In this document: positions 48,899-63,800 of the stretch, in pieces
Layout of the letters: each line of letters opens with the position of its first letter
Position numbering within the stretch: position 1 is the stretch's first letter
Assembly (NCBI RefSeq): GCF_003704095.1
Contig: NW_020844911.1
Coordinates: 124,001 to 188,000, forward strand
Length of the DNA stretch: 64,000 nt
From: Pocillopora damicornis
Taxonomy: Eukaryota
Reading direction: 5' to 3'
Translations under genes and position numbers: made by a program
The notes under the pieces: model-generated
Databases searched by the model: none
The model's input: only the letters and a program-made list of their open reading frames with translations
Told to the model about the DNA's origin: nothing

Positions 48899-51800
48899 AT
48901 GGCGCCTATTTCGCTTAAAGATCCAAACATACAGGCACTTGCCGAAGAGTTGGTAAAAGAGCTGACCAGTTTTAAGGTAATTGGTATCTTTTTTACCACA
49001 GTGTAAAATGATATTTCTGAAAGCAAATCGGTTTCATTTTTTCCAGAGATCTTCAAGAAATTTTACTCTCTCTGTCCAGTTCGTCTTATCTAACTTTCGG
49101 TGAGTTGAAATTTGATTTTGCAATGGTAACATGTCTCAGTCCTTGAAGCATTGATGAGGCACACGTTTGACGAAAAATGCAGTTATAAAAAAGAAAAAGG
49201 TTTCTTTAGTTCCTGCTAGTTTGTGATTTTAAACTCAGATTTCTTGACGTGTCGTGTACTTGTCGATAGGCCGTTTGTTGATATATTGGTCGTGGTTTGC
49301 AAAAGACACTTGACCAGATTAAGTAAAAAAGGAAATCCAAAATAACTAAGACTGCAAGCAATTAGATTTTCAATGCAGTGATTTTTTTCAGTCCCTTTTT
49401 GTCTTAAGTGGGCTTACTTTACAGGTACCACCAGTTTTTGGATGTCAATAGCCAAAAAGTGGAAAGGAATATTGATGGGTGAGTTAATATCAGGGGATAT
49501 ATTTGAATAAAAACTTTTTTTGAAAATGAATAAATTGTATTGCTGTGTAATTAATTATGATAAATTTAAATTATTTTGCTCATGCAGTTTTGAATTGTTA
49601 CAAGAAATATGCTTGGTAATTTTTGTGTACTTAACCCAGTAACTCCCAGAAGTGATCAAGATGTAACTTCTTCATAATTATTCATACATTACTTAGCAAA
49701 TAGGTAATGAGAATACTCAAACCTTATCAGGTAGAAGTTGTTATCTTGATCTAATACCAAATTCTTGCAACAAATTTACAAGGATATGTGTAAGAGCCAG
49801 TAGGGAGGGTTAACGATCAGATCTTGGGAGTTAAAGGGTTAAATATCAGAGCAAGTGACCAAGACAGAATTTCTCCTTACAATATCAGTACAATATCAAG
49901 CAGACAAGTGATGAGAATAAAGAAAAATCTTAATCAGGGGATTATTAGTTGACTCAATACCAAATTCTCCAAACTAACATCACAAGAACTATATGGCAGA
50001 CTGTAATGAGATCTTGGGAGTTAAAGGGTTAAAAGACATTATAATATTTGAATGAAGAGACATACACAAAGTTAAATGAGATGTGCATTCATGTGATGTA
50101 TTTTGCTTGAATCTTATTGACAGTGTTTGCCAGAAGCTGAAAGTTCATTCTCAGTTGGAGAAGGCAGAAATTTTGAGAGATTTATGTAACAAGTTTCTGA
50201 ACTTGCCTTTAACTACACAGTCACAGGAATTGATTAAGGTACATTTTATTTGGGAGTAGGTTATTCGGAATTTTTTTCTAGCTCATGTGATTTCATGTAT
50301 CAAACACTTAACCCTTTCACTCCCACAAGTGATCAAAACAGAATTTCTCCTTATAATATCAATACAATATCAAGCAGGCAGGTGATGAGAATAGAGAAGA
50401 ATATCAATCATGGGATTATTAATTGATCTAATACCAAATTCTCTAAACTAACATCATAAGAATTGTATTGCAGATAGTAAGGAGAATTACCAATTGGATC
50501 TTGGGAGTGAAAGGGTTAACCCTTTGACTGCTAAGAGTGACTAGCATCTAATTTCTCCTTACAATATTACACCTCAATCACCTATTATGGTAACAAGAAT
50601 AACAGAAATGATCACCATTTTGTCAAATGGAGGTTGTCATCTTGATCCAACACAAAATTCTTATAACGTCTAGATGAGAAAAAGTGTGACAGCTTGACAG
50701 AAGAATTAACAATCAGATCTTGGCTGTTAAAGGTTTATCAATGAGTAACTGCTTGTTTTTTTTTATTAAATTTACAGACAGATGCCCATTATTCTCTCAT
50801 CCTGTTATTGTTAACTCTTGCTGATTCTCCAACTAATGTTGATTACGAGCCACCTCAATCTCAACAATCTTCAGGTATGGGGAAGGTTTTTGCTTGGTGC
50901 CTGTTGCTGGCTGAGTAAGGGGTGATCCCCATCTATAATTTGGGTGGTGATCACTTTGTAAAGGACAACAAATGGCTTGTAGGTAATGCACCCACGATCC
51001 TATGATATCAAAACATATCTTCTCAGTAATAAGGTTTAAATAAACTCTTGAATATCTTAAGTATCAGCACCATTTTGAAAAATAAAGGAATTGGATTAAA
51101 ATCCTGTTTTGAGCAATTGTTTACCAATTCCTCTTTATATGTCCTGCGTTTGCCATTAACTGATTCATGAATAAATTGCACTACTGAGAGCCAATCAGAT
51201 TGCAAGGATTACCACTGATTTCCAAATGAATGTAGTATAATTGAATATCTTATATACACATCAATTTGATGTGATTGTTGTTTGCGTGATATGTCATTTT
51301 GCCTTGAAGTCCTAAAATTGGTTGTCTCTTCTGTGTTTTAATTATAGAAGAGGAGTGGTTTGACTGGAAAAGTTATTTACTTGATGGAGAAGAAGAAGAA
51401 ATTCTTGGCCTGCCTGTTCAGTATGATCAGGTATTGACTTTGATTTACCAATTTTGTTTGTTATTTTTGGAGGAATTCCCCTAGAGTAAACAAACATGAT
51501 ATTCATAAAATAGATTGTTGAATCTCTGAACTGAGTGAAGTTTCTCAGTCTCGATCTAATATTTTGATAAAATTGTTTTTACATGATATGTTATTTACTT
51601 TGTGTTACATTTGCAGGATTGGTCGGATGAAGAGGTAAAAACATTTTTCTGTTGTAAATAACATTGTTTTAGATATTGTGTCTTGTTTGCCAACTGTTGA
51701 GATATCTTTGGTCCACCATGGCCATGTTGCATTTTAACCCTCAAAGTCCCACTAGTGACCAAGACAGAATTTCTCCCTACACTATCAGTATGATATCAAG

Positions 51801-54800
51801 TAGACAAGTTATGAGAATAAAGAAAAATATCAATTAGGGGATTATTGGTTGATCCAATTCCAAATTCTCCAAATGAAACATCACATGAATTGTATAGCAG
51901 ACAGTAAGGAGAATTACCAATGAAATCGTAGGAGTTAGAAGGGTTGAATGTTTCACTCTAAGATGAGAGAGCCAACTCCTCCCACACATGACTATACACT
52001 TCATGATTTGCTAATGCTGAGAATTGCATATTCCATCAACTGAAGGCAATATAGCTTGGTTGATAATTTTTCCAATTCTTAATGCGTCACTGTTGTTATT
52101 GTAATAATAAAAACAGGGAAAACTAACCCATGAATCAAGTTGAGAGTGAAATGGTTATTTAAAGCTATTATTCTTATACAGGATGAGGACTTGGATGTGA
52201 TCAGTGATTCTGGGATCAGCGCTGTTGAGAGGCAATTGGCTGACAATGAAGAAGAATCTCAGAGAAGTGTAGAGCACAATGTCAGTGATAGAGAAGGGAT
52301 CATAAGCCCCAGGGATGGCAGGGTACGGTTACTGTAAATAATAATGGAATATTAACAGATATTCAAAGGAATCTTGACTGGTCAGTTAGAGTTTTCATTG
52401 AAAACTTTAATAGCAGCTTAATAGGCTAATTGAATGGCTAAGTAACAAGTTTGTATTTTTCATCCTCGGAATTGTCGGTTACTCACCAACCAATGCCAAC
52501 AGCATTGCCCTGCCCCCCCTCCCCCTCCTGAAGAACAAAATTTAAAATCTAAGTAGTTTTTCTGTTGTTTTTTTTTTTACAGGACGGAAGCTGGATTTCA
52601 GATCACATAGTTCCTCAATATTGGGAGAACACATCCAACAATTTCACTCACACAAACACATCAGAATGGAATTGTTCCATAGCAGAATCATGGTACAGTA
52701 CATCTCTATTTAACCCTTAACAGTCCCTAGCATCAGCATGCAAACTCTCCATACTATGCTCTATACATTTCCTAAGGTGCTGACAAGGAGAATTTGTTTA
52801 ACAATCAAGAGCTTCTTTAGTTGGTGATCATTTTCTTTTTTCTCATAACCTAAATGTGTAATTTGGGGATGATATTGTAAGGAGAAACTAGATTTTGATC
52901 ACTCTTAGGGGTCAAAGGGTTACAAAGTCTTACATAAATGTTTAGGATCAATATCAGTGTCTGGGCAACTGCCCACTTACCCCTCCCCTAACCCAACATT
53001 AACCCTAACTTGTTTTATCATTTGACTGTTGTTGAGTCAGGGGAGGGGTGGGTGGGCAGTTGCCCAGATACTGATATTGATCCAATGTTTACTTAGTAGT
53101 ACTGATTGAAATTACTTTGAATTCAACTCTTTAGATTCAATGCCCTTAATACTGCAGCCTCAATCATATACACCCTAACATCAGTATGCATATTCTCCAT
53201 ACTGTTCTCTATACATTTCCTAACATGCTGACCAGGAGAATTTGTTTGAAAATCAAGAGTTGTTTTAGTTTATGATCATCTTTTTTTGTAGTCATGACCT
53301 TAACATGTGATTCAGAAGTGACACTGCGAGGAGAAATAGGATGTTAGTCACTCCTGGGAAATTTAACCTTTTAACTCCCAAGATCACATTACTAATTCTC
53401 CTTACTGTCTGCCATACGGTTCTTGTGCTGTTAGTTTGGAGAATTTGGTTTTGGATCAACTAATAGTTCCCTAATTAATGTTTTTCTTGATTCTCATTAC
53501 TTGCCTGCTTGATATTGTATTGATATTGTCAGGAGAAATTCTGTCTTGGTCACTCATGGGAGTTACATGGTTGATGAAGTGGTTTCTCTTTACAGTTTTA
53601 CAGCTTTACAGTATAAGCATTATCTAACATTAAATCTTCATTTTTTTTTAACTCTGTAAACCCAGGGATAGCTATCAAAGTGGACGCAATCCATTTTATC
53701 ACAGCAATTGTAACAAGACACTCACAGAGACTCAGATTGTGAGGGAGACCTTGTGGTGAGACGTAACATTGATCTGTTCTTGCCTTTTGAATCTTTTGCC
53801 TATTTCTTGTCATTATTTTTCTGATAAGCTGACCATTGCTACCCTGTCAAAATATGGCACACCTCATAAAAATACTCAGTGATACTACACACCAAAACAT
53901 CTATTAAGATATTTGTATCGAAGCTGACAGTTTACATTTGTCTATGGCCTTCGTTAATTTTTACCACTAGGATTCTTGTGCATGTATTCATAACTGTAAT
54001 ATGAAACAAATAAAAAGGAAAAAGTCAAATCAGACTGGTTACAAATTAGAATTTTAATCAAACCATGGTTTTCTTTGTAGGATGCTTGCTGGAGCACAAA
54101 ACACATTTGTGTACAGACATAGGCAGTATGGCAGAATAACTGTCCAAGGTGGAATACAGGTTCTTCACCTCACTCCAGTAAGTTAGTTGAGGCTAGAAAT
54201 CTCTCCTCACAATTCTGTCTATTAACTGCATTTGCTGTGTTTAAAAATTTCATGATGGTTTAAAATTTTCAAAGCAGTTTTTTATTTTTACAGTATTCAT
54301 TGTCATAGTAAAAGCCATAATACTGTTGATTGAAAAACTTTTAAATCAAGAAAATAAATTTCCAAACTGTTAAGAGCAATCCTGCTGAATTTGAAAAAAA
54401 TTCCAAAATATTTTAGGCAGTAATACAGGTTACTACAGGCAGCATTTTTTGCCATTTACTGCCTGAAAAGGAGGATGCTGTAGATAGAATGGTAGATATT
54501 TTATTGATTAAGATTTAGAACTACATTTCCAGCATTAGATCAAATATTACTTTGCAAATGCGTATTAAAAAAAAGAAAAAAAGAACTTGATGAAATGTGA
54601 CAAAGAAATGTAATGAGTAATTACTGGCCGAGATTGAGCATGATATCATGAATTATTAAAGCAAAGGTCTGATGTATCTGCTAAAGCTTAAGGCTGAGGC
54701 AGATAACAGAGACACCTGGTTGATAATTCATGATATAATACAGAAAACCAAATTTCAATACTTGTCTTTTATACATTTCTTGAACAATCTGCAGAAGAAG

Positions 54801-57800
54801 ACACGGGTATTGGGTTATTTTGTCAACTTTGTATGCTATTGTTGATTGACTGTATGTTCTTAACCAATCAGAGTTTAAATAGTAGGTGTAATGTATAATA
54901 GTTTACTTAATAAGAAACGCAATATCAGTGTAGGTCCCATTTACACACAATTTGTAGATGTAAGAGCCCAGCTTGTTATTATACTTACAGGTAGTGTAGT
55001 TCTGGTTGAAATTGGTTATCTTTTTATGTCATGTTCCTTTCAGGAATCTCTGTCCAGTTTGTTGTCATCGTTTGCTTTGGCTGGAGAGGAGAGTCTGTTT
55101 TTACAGAAGTTCATCTTGTCGGTTGTTGATCCACAAAGCAAGCCAACACAGACATTACAAGCATTTGTAAATTCACTGTCTGGTTACTTTAGGGTAATAC
55201 AGAGCTCAAAAACTAACAGCATGAGCCATTTAGCTTTAATTTGTTTTCTGCTGTTGGGAGATCCTTGTGAAACATTTTTGATTGTGTAAGAAATACTGGT
55301 ATTACTTCAGACAAGTATGAAAAAATTTTACATAGAATTTGAGTGTTTGTTTAGACGTATTCTTTGTTCTGCCCAAAGACAAAGTTTCTTTCATCTCTTT
55401 TCAGGAATTCAAATCACTTCTTTCTTCCCTGGAAAAAGACATCATCAAACAGGGTAAAATGAACAAAGTTTGTTTTTCTGTGATGATAGTATAGTATTCT
55501 TTGACTTGTTTTATACTACTGATATACTTTGTTTCAAGTGATAATAAAAGAATGAATGCCTACAGTTATAGTTAATTAATTTTTAATAAATAGGTATTAA
55601 ATATAATTTTGCTCCCAAGTATTATTATAGACCATATTAAAATCACTGATTAAATTGATGTTATACTTCATATTTATAATTTTTGCATCAATTCTCTAAA
55701 TAGCAGTGGATGCTTATTAAATGCAGTTAACCCTTTAACTCCCAAGATCTCAGTAGTAATTCTCCTTTCTGTCTACCATACAGTTCTTGTGATGTTGCTT
55801 GGAGAATTTGATATTGGATCAACTAATAATCCCCTAATTGATATTTTTCTTTATTCTCATCACTTGTCTGCTTAATATAGTGTTGATATTGTAAGAAGAA
55901 TTTCTGTCTTGGTCACGCGTGGGAGTTAAAGGGTTAAATGCAATTTAACAGAGTTAGCGACAAAGAGCATCAGCATTCTCTAGTAGTCAGGGGTTTTTTT
56001 ACGAATGCGGAATTCCATATACTCTTTGTTTGAGGCGTTCTTGTGTGTGCCTTGAGTGTGAACTTGCAGTGTTGTGAGGGGAGGTGTCAGCTCATTGTCC
56101 AGGCAGTTTTCCCTACCCCTTCCCTCCCTCTTTCCACTGTTTATTCAGTGTGATGGGTGTCTGTTTCCCTTTCCTGTGTGAGGACTCACGGCTGGGTTGC
56201 CAGGATTTTCCAGCCATGGGAGAAGTCTCCATCTAGGAACTAGCTGCCAATAGTGGAAGCTCTTGGATGCTTCAAGTGCCCAACCTCCACTAAACGATGC
56301 AGTTGTTAAAAGTTACTTTTTTACAATGGTGTAGACTTGTCATGATATACTGTGCACATAATTGATTTTTCAGAAGAGTCCATTTCATTATTCCTACTTC
56401 AAAACAAACTAAGGACAAAACTAGAAGAGGTTAGTTAAAAAGTTCATCATTATTCTGCATCTGATATTTAATTTCAATCATCCATTTTATCATTGACAGA
56501 TCTTCACCTAAGAAGTGGTGGCTAGTGGGGGATATTTACTTAACTGTAAACACTCTTAATCCTTTAGCTCCCAGATCAAATTTGTAATTCTCCTTTCTGT
56601 CAACCATACAATTCTTTTAATGTTAGTTAGGAGAATTTAATATTGGATCAACTAATTATCTCCAAATTGATCTTTTTCTTTATTCTCATCACTTATCTGG
56701 TTGATATTGTATTGATATTGTAAGGAGAAATTCTGTCACTTCTGGGAGTTAAAGTGTTAACAGTGAGATAATAATGCACAAAATATGGTTATTTATTTAA
56801 TAACTAATTTATTCCTACAATGACTACAGTATTTTCAGGTGAATAACAAATGATATTTGGAGTTTGAGTAGCCAATCAGAGTGAGCCTTCAATGTTATCC
56901 TCTGTTTTTGTTTATACTAGTTTTGTTTATATATTGTGAACTAAATGAAAGTTATAAATTTGAGTTTTCAAAAAACGTAAGAATTGGAATTGCCAGCAGT
57001 ATCATTATGCATGTGATTATGAAAATATGGTTGGATAATAGTTGCTACATTGTGTTCTAAAATATTTCTGGTTTTGTTTATCAGATATCTTCCTTGTATA
57101 ATATATATCGAGCTGCAATTTTAAACACAGAAGGAATCAATACTGCCAAGGTAAATTAAGGGATATATCTTAGTGAAACCCTCTAACTCCCAAGATCTGA
57201 CTGTAAATTCTCCCCTCTAGCTGCTACACAATTTCCTTGTAAATTAGTGACGAGAATTTGGTTTTAGATCAAGATGACAGTTTCTACTTGATAACTGGAT
57301 AAGTTTGAGTATTCTCATTTCCTGTTTGATGGTTAATGTATGGTTATTATGGAGAGAAATTACAAGTTGATCACTTCTGAGAGTTAAAGGGTTGAATGTT
57401 GAAAAAGGGAAATGTTTTGAGCAAAGTGAGTTTATTGCAGACATGTTGTTAGTAGCAACTTCTTGGTTTTGTATTTATCAGAAAACTTGCAGGCTGCTGA
57501 CAACATTGTACAGAAATATCATTCAGGCTGATGGACTTGGAAGTGCAGCAAAATGGAAGGTAAATGTGAGAATGATTTTGATAATTTAAGGAGAAATTAG
57601 ATGCTAGTCACTCATAGAGGTGAAAGAGTTAAATGTTTTCAAGACCCACAATTAGTTGAGGTACTTTTTACCACCTATACTTGTGAGGATAAGAGTAAAT
57701 ATACAATTTCACTCCAGAGACCTAAAAATTTATTATATGGATGGTCTGCTTCACATTTTGTACATTCTTAGCTCTGGTGTTAAGTCAAGCAACAATTGTC

Positions 57801-60800
57801 CAGAAGTTGACAATTTTTTATTCCTCTTATCATCACTTTTCTGCTTGAAAATGCATCAATTTGATGATATAAAGTGAATTTAATAACTATATATTTGTGG
57901 GGAATGAAAGCCTCCAATTGATGAAAATTGGGCATCACTAAAACTTTTGCATTGTATATTCTGACCTATGAGGTATGCAAGTNNNNNNNNNNNNNNNNNN
58001 NNNNNNNNNNNNNNNNNNNNNNNNNNNNNNNNNNNNNNNNNNNNNNNNNNNNNNNNNNNNNNNNNNNNNNNNNNNNNNNNNNNNNNNNNNNNNNNNNNNN
58101 NNNNNNNNNNNNNNNNNNNNNNNNNNNNNNNNNNNNNNNNNNNNNNNNNNNNNNNNNNNNNNNNNNNNNNNNNNNNNNNNNNNNNNNNNNNNNNNNNNNN
58201 NNNNNNNNNNNNNNNNNNNNNNNNNNNNNNNNNNNNNNNNNNNNNNNNNNNNNNNNNNNNNNNNNNNNNNNNNNNNNNNNNNNNNNNNNNNNNNNNNNNN
58301 NNNNNNNNNNNNNNNNNNNNNNNNNNNNNNNNNNTAATAATCTTATTAATAACCTTTTACCTACCTTATTTTGGATTTTCAGGTCAACTTGTTTTTGAAA
58401 ATTTTTCTTCAAACTGTTGAGCCATGTCTTCGGTTTATTGACCAGTGGGTGACATCAGGTCATGTTCATGATCCACATGATGAGTTTTTTATTGAAAGGT
58501 AGGTAGTTTGGTAGCTTGATTGTTATGTCTTGAGATTTTGTGTGAATCTGCAACTGAAAATGAATGTTAACCATATTCTGCTTACTCCTAAGACAATTGG
58601 TGTGGTGAGTGGTTTTGTACTTTATGTACAAATATATTGCACAATTTCTGGCTACCAAAATTTTTTTAAAATATTGAGCTTGGGGATTGTTTTGTCTAAA
58701 TATCTGAGTGAGCTTCTTTTTTATTGCAATTATTTTTATTTCTAGAGTTCAGTCCATTGCTGTGGACAGTGAGACCTTCTGGTCAGATGGTGTGGTCCTC
58801 AGGTGTGCCAATCAACCACTGGACAGTGTTGTGCCTTGTTTTTTACAAGATTTTGTTGATCAGGTAATATCTGGGGTACTAATTTAAGTTACACTGTGCC
58901 AACATCTGTAATTCCTGCTGAATAAAATACGAAGTAATGTTTTAATATCAATGATAAATATAGTATATTGTGAAATTAAGATTATCATTTTTGCTAGTAT
59001 CACTAGAAAATGTTAATTTTCATCGTATTTCATTGAGATATAAACAAGTTCTTATGTCATGGATCTTACAACTGTTGTAAGTTTTACTGAGAGTATAGAA
59101 AATGTTTTACCATTGAATTAACTCAAAGTTTTAGTAACCTGATTCCTAAATATACAAGTACAAGTCAGAGTGATATACAAAAATGAATAAATAAGCTTTG
59201 TAAACAAATAAACACAAAAGACATACACAAAACTATTTAAACTAAAATTACACAGATTCCAAGGTGGTGGCATGTCACTAAGAGAGTTCTTTGCACAGAT
59301 TTTAATTGCATGGAGTATGGTAATTATGGTATATAATGATGGTATTCTAATTTTTCTTTTTCATATTGACAGATATTCCGTGCTGGGAAGTCTGTGGAGT
59401 TAATTGAAGGCCTTGGAAAGGTAAAAGGATAGAATTTTAGATCTTATTTTCATTATTTAGGTTATATCAACATGTATAACATCTTGCTTTGGTTACAGTT
59501 CTTAAACCAATACATTAAATATTAAATAATTACTAAAGTAAATGAATCTTTTTTAAATTTAAAGTCATATTTTCCTTTCATCAGATTGGTAAACTTCACT
59601 CTTTTCAAACTAGAGGTCAGTAGCATTAGTTTTAATTATTACTTTTAAATTTATTTCTTTCTGGGCAATGCAATTATAATAATTATATATTATCATAAAT
59701 TATAATCATTAATTCCAGCAAACTTCAAAATGGCCAATGCCTGCTGAAGGAAATCAGAGGCTATTAACTTCATGCAACTGTTCTTAGACGTATTAACTTC
59801 ATGAAATCAGTTTTTATTATTTCATTCTAAAGAATACTGTATTTATTTATTTGCATACAATGTGCTTGGAAATATTTCATCACCAGTTCCTCTGACTCCC
59901 CTGCTTGTCATTAAGCCTCATGAAATATCTTACCTTTCTCAGCAAAATCAGTCACTGGAATTTGATTTTTCCTTTTTTTTTTTTTCTTCTTCTTCTTCAA
60001 ATGTAGGGCCTTTGCACCAAGAGTTTTTGGATAAATTGTTGACTACTTTATCAGATATCTCTAGTGAGTGAAAAAACAAACTGTCATGTGTAATGTGTTA
60101 TTTGTAGTGTGATAATACTTTAATATTATCTTGTGTCATGTTATAACATTCCATGGGAGCTTGTTTTGTCCTCTATGTGATATTTGATGTGTGTATCCCA
60201 AATGGAAGACAGTTTCTTGTATCTCCCTTTTTTGTTTAGTCATAGCATGTTCTTTAACTTGCAGAAGCATCAAATGAAGAAGATGGTTCAGCTGTTGATG
60301 AAACGAGTCTCTTGAATACCATAACAGATTCTAACCAAATCATGTCAGTTATTGAAGATACTGGTGACCATGTTCTGAAGCTTGCATTTGTGGAAACAGA
60401 AGCACCAGTTGATCAGAGATATTCCTTGCAAAAAAGGTATTCTTTTGGTTACTGTTTTATCAATGATAGTAATTTTTTTTCATATATTTTTTGTCCAACT
60501 ATATAATTTAATAGTTAACTTGATATATTTTTTTACTGCTCTTGCAGTGTAATTATAATCCACTAAATAAATGCCTTTGAAAGCAGAAGGATTTATTTAA
60601 TAATTAGGGTTGAATGCCACTGAAGTCCTAAACTAGGTTTTGATTCCTCTTGTGTGTCAATTTTTAACAGAACTGTAAGTTTTTTTCAGTTTTCCTTCTG
60701 TTGATCCTAATACAGCATTTCCTTGAATAAGCACCCAGGCACTTATTTTTAATTTTGGCTGTGAGGATGGGGTGGGGCTCTTATTGGAGGGAGGGGTACT

Positions 60801-63800
60801 TAGTTGAGAGGAGGGGCTCATTCTCCTGTGCTGATTCCACAGTAGTTGAAGCTCAAAAGGTTTTAAATAAAGGGGCTTGTATTCCTACAATTAAAGAAAG
60901 TTTAGGGTGTTCGTAGTTTTCAGTGGTATATCCCCTTTTAATTGATGGTTATCTTTTATATTGTAGCTCTACTGCAGAAAAACTGGACAGGATCTGTTCA
61001 GGTGATACATCACTGATTTTGAGAGGCCCATTTTTTCCCCTTACCTTTTGTAAAATAATTTGTGATCGGTAAACTGTTTGTAGTAACAATTAAAACAAGT
61101 CACTGCTACAAAAAATTTCACGAACAGGTGACTATTTCCACGTTCCACAAAACATGCTTTTACATTTTTGCATTGGTTAACACTCTTCCACTCTCTACCT
61201 GGCACATGTTACAACCAACCAGCTACAATATCGCTTTGCATGTATACCTTCAAAAGAAAACATAAGAAAGATTTTCAGAGCCTCTACATTTCAAAAAGAA
61301 TATTCTGTGAGGGAGCAAGCCCATGACCCCAAGAAAAAGCTCTCAAATTGCCGGCTATCTACTCCCTAATTTAACAAGAACCCTGTATATATTCACTTAA
61401 GTTTGGAATCACTCTTGATTTGTCTTTAGGTGTTTGCAAATTGCTCAAACCGGTGGAGTTGTTGCTTTCAGAATGCCTAACACCTCTGCTTGAAGATTGC
61501 TGTACACAGGTTGGTAAGCTGTAGGAGAGGAACATGTGAAAAGAAAATTCAAATTGTGGTTGTTTAGCTAATTTGATTTATCTCTTTTAGGGAAGCTGTT
61601 TTGTCATTCACTTGTTGAAAACAGATTATTGTCTTTTGGATCATTTAGCTGCTATGAGGGTTGGTTAAAATAATTTTTTTTCCTGCAAATTTACTGCTTT
61701 TAATTACTAGATTACTAGATTCAATTATCCATCAAAAGCTAATTTTTTATCAATTTTTGTGCTATAGAATTTCTTTCTCTTGGAGGCTGGTGATGCAATG
61801 CATCAATTTTACATTGAGATATTTAATAAGGTAAAGTGTTAGATGCAACTTCAGAACCTTTTTCAATGTTTTTCTTTTTCTTATTTGATGAACCCTTTAA
61901 CTCCTAGAGGTGATTAACATGAAACTTCTCCCTACAATATCCATACATTCTTCAGCAAACAGGTAATGAGAATATTCAAACTTATCAGGTAGAAGCTGCT
62001 ATCTTGATCTAGCACCAAGTTATCATAACTAATTTACAAGGAAATGTGTAGCAGCTACAGGAGAGAATTAACAATCAGATCTTGGGAGTTAAAGGGTTAA
62101 CAACAGTTGATCAGTTTAAGAATAGTCAGAAGTAGTTATCTAGTAACTCTTAGCTGTTTTAACAGGCAAGGCATCGCGTAACGTGGCAGGACATTTCATT
62201 CTTGAATAGTTTAATACAAGAAGCTCTACAACCTCGCTTTCCAGATGCTGTTGAAAGGTGAATATTTTTTCCTCACTTTCTTGTTGACTTTCTTTAGTTA
62301 GAAAAATATCAACAAGGGATATTTTTTGATTAGACAACAAATTCTCACATCCAAAGTGATAAGAAATGTATAGAAGATGGTGTGGAGAAGTGATATGTAG
62401 ATGATGTTAGTGGAATGAATATAGTTTACACATTTTACCATCTTGATTTGTAGGCTGGTTGTTGGTTTTTCATCGAATGGTGCATCAAGCAGGAAACAGT
62501 TGGGTGCATCACTTCAAGGACTGACTTTAAACTACAGGGTTGGTTTTGTACTTAAGTAGAAGCCATCACTGATTTACCAAAAGGTTCAGATTTGTGTCAT
62601 GTGTAGTATCAGTAAACACTGATATGTGGTTCAGTTTTACTGTTTTGCACAGATATATTTTAGAAGAACATTCATTTGATACCTGCCGCATAATTAAAAA
62701 GTCATTAGATTTTTTTGGGAAGGTGAAATTTGAAATTTCACATCTTGCCCTGCATGGTTAATGTTGAATCTACTTTGTGAAAAGTTACACACTGTTAGAG
62801 GGATAGAACCAAAATATGTGGATTTGATTAAAAAAAAACAGTATTGTGATGTTTGTATGCAAGCTTGCATGTACTGTCTATTGACAGAAATTATGACAAG
62901 ATGTTACCCTTGTTTTAATATGAGGCTGCCTTAGAAATTAACCCTTCAACACTCATGAGTGACCAAGAAAGAATTTCTCCTTACAATTTCAATATCCAGC
63001 TGACAAGTGGTAAGAATATAGAAAAATATCATTTAGGAGATTATCACCTGATCCAGTACCAAATTCTCTAAAATCACATGATAAGAACTGTACAGTACTC
63101 AGTAAGGAGAATTATTAGTGACATCTTGAGAGTAAAATGGTTTATCTCATATCATATATGTTAGTTCTCAGAGCCTCACACCAATGTCTGTTATTTAATG
63201 CCAAACTGTAAAACATCATAATTGGGTGTTTGATCATATTTCTTGCAGGCACCATGGCCAGTCAGTATCATAATTGACAGTTCCTGTCAGAAGCTCTACA
63301 ATCTTGTGTTTTTGTTTCTCTTAGAACTAAAACAAGCCAAGTGGAGCCTGGATGAGCTTAGATTTTCAGGTTTTGAATTACTTTTTTTTCAAATTTTTAA
63401 CTCTTTTTAAGGATGCAGTATACTTTTACTGTTTAACAATAATAGATTCCATTTTACTGTGCATCAATTCAGTAAAAGGTCACAGATGACGTCAAAATGT
63501 GGTATGAAAAAAAGTGGCACACATGGCAAAGCTAAGTGCGTCACTGATGTAGTGTTTAGCACTAAAGGACTAGGGATATAGTTAAAAGTTTAGGGTGGAG
63601 TGGTACAGGAAGTAAAGAGATTTTGACTGCCTTATCTCCCCCCCCCTCCCCCCCACCCATCCTGTCATTTGTTTTGTCATAAAATACTGATTTTTTTCCT
63701 GGTCTGCAAAGTGAGGGTACAGTACATTTTCTTCCTTAACATCTGATGGTGGTCATGTCTGTTAGACCTCAGAGGCAACAGACGTCAGATGAAGACTGAT

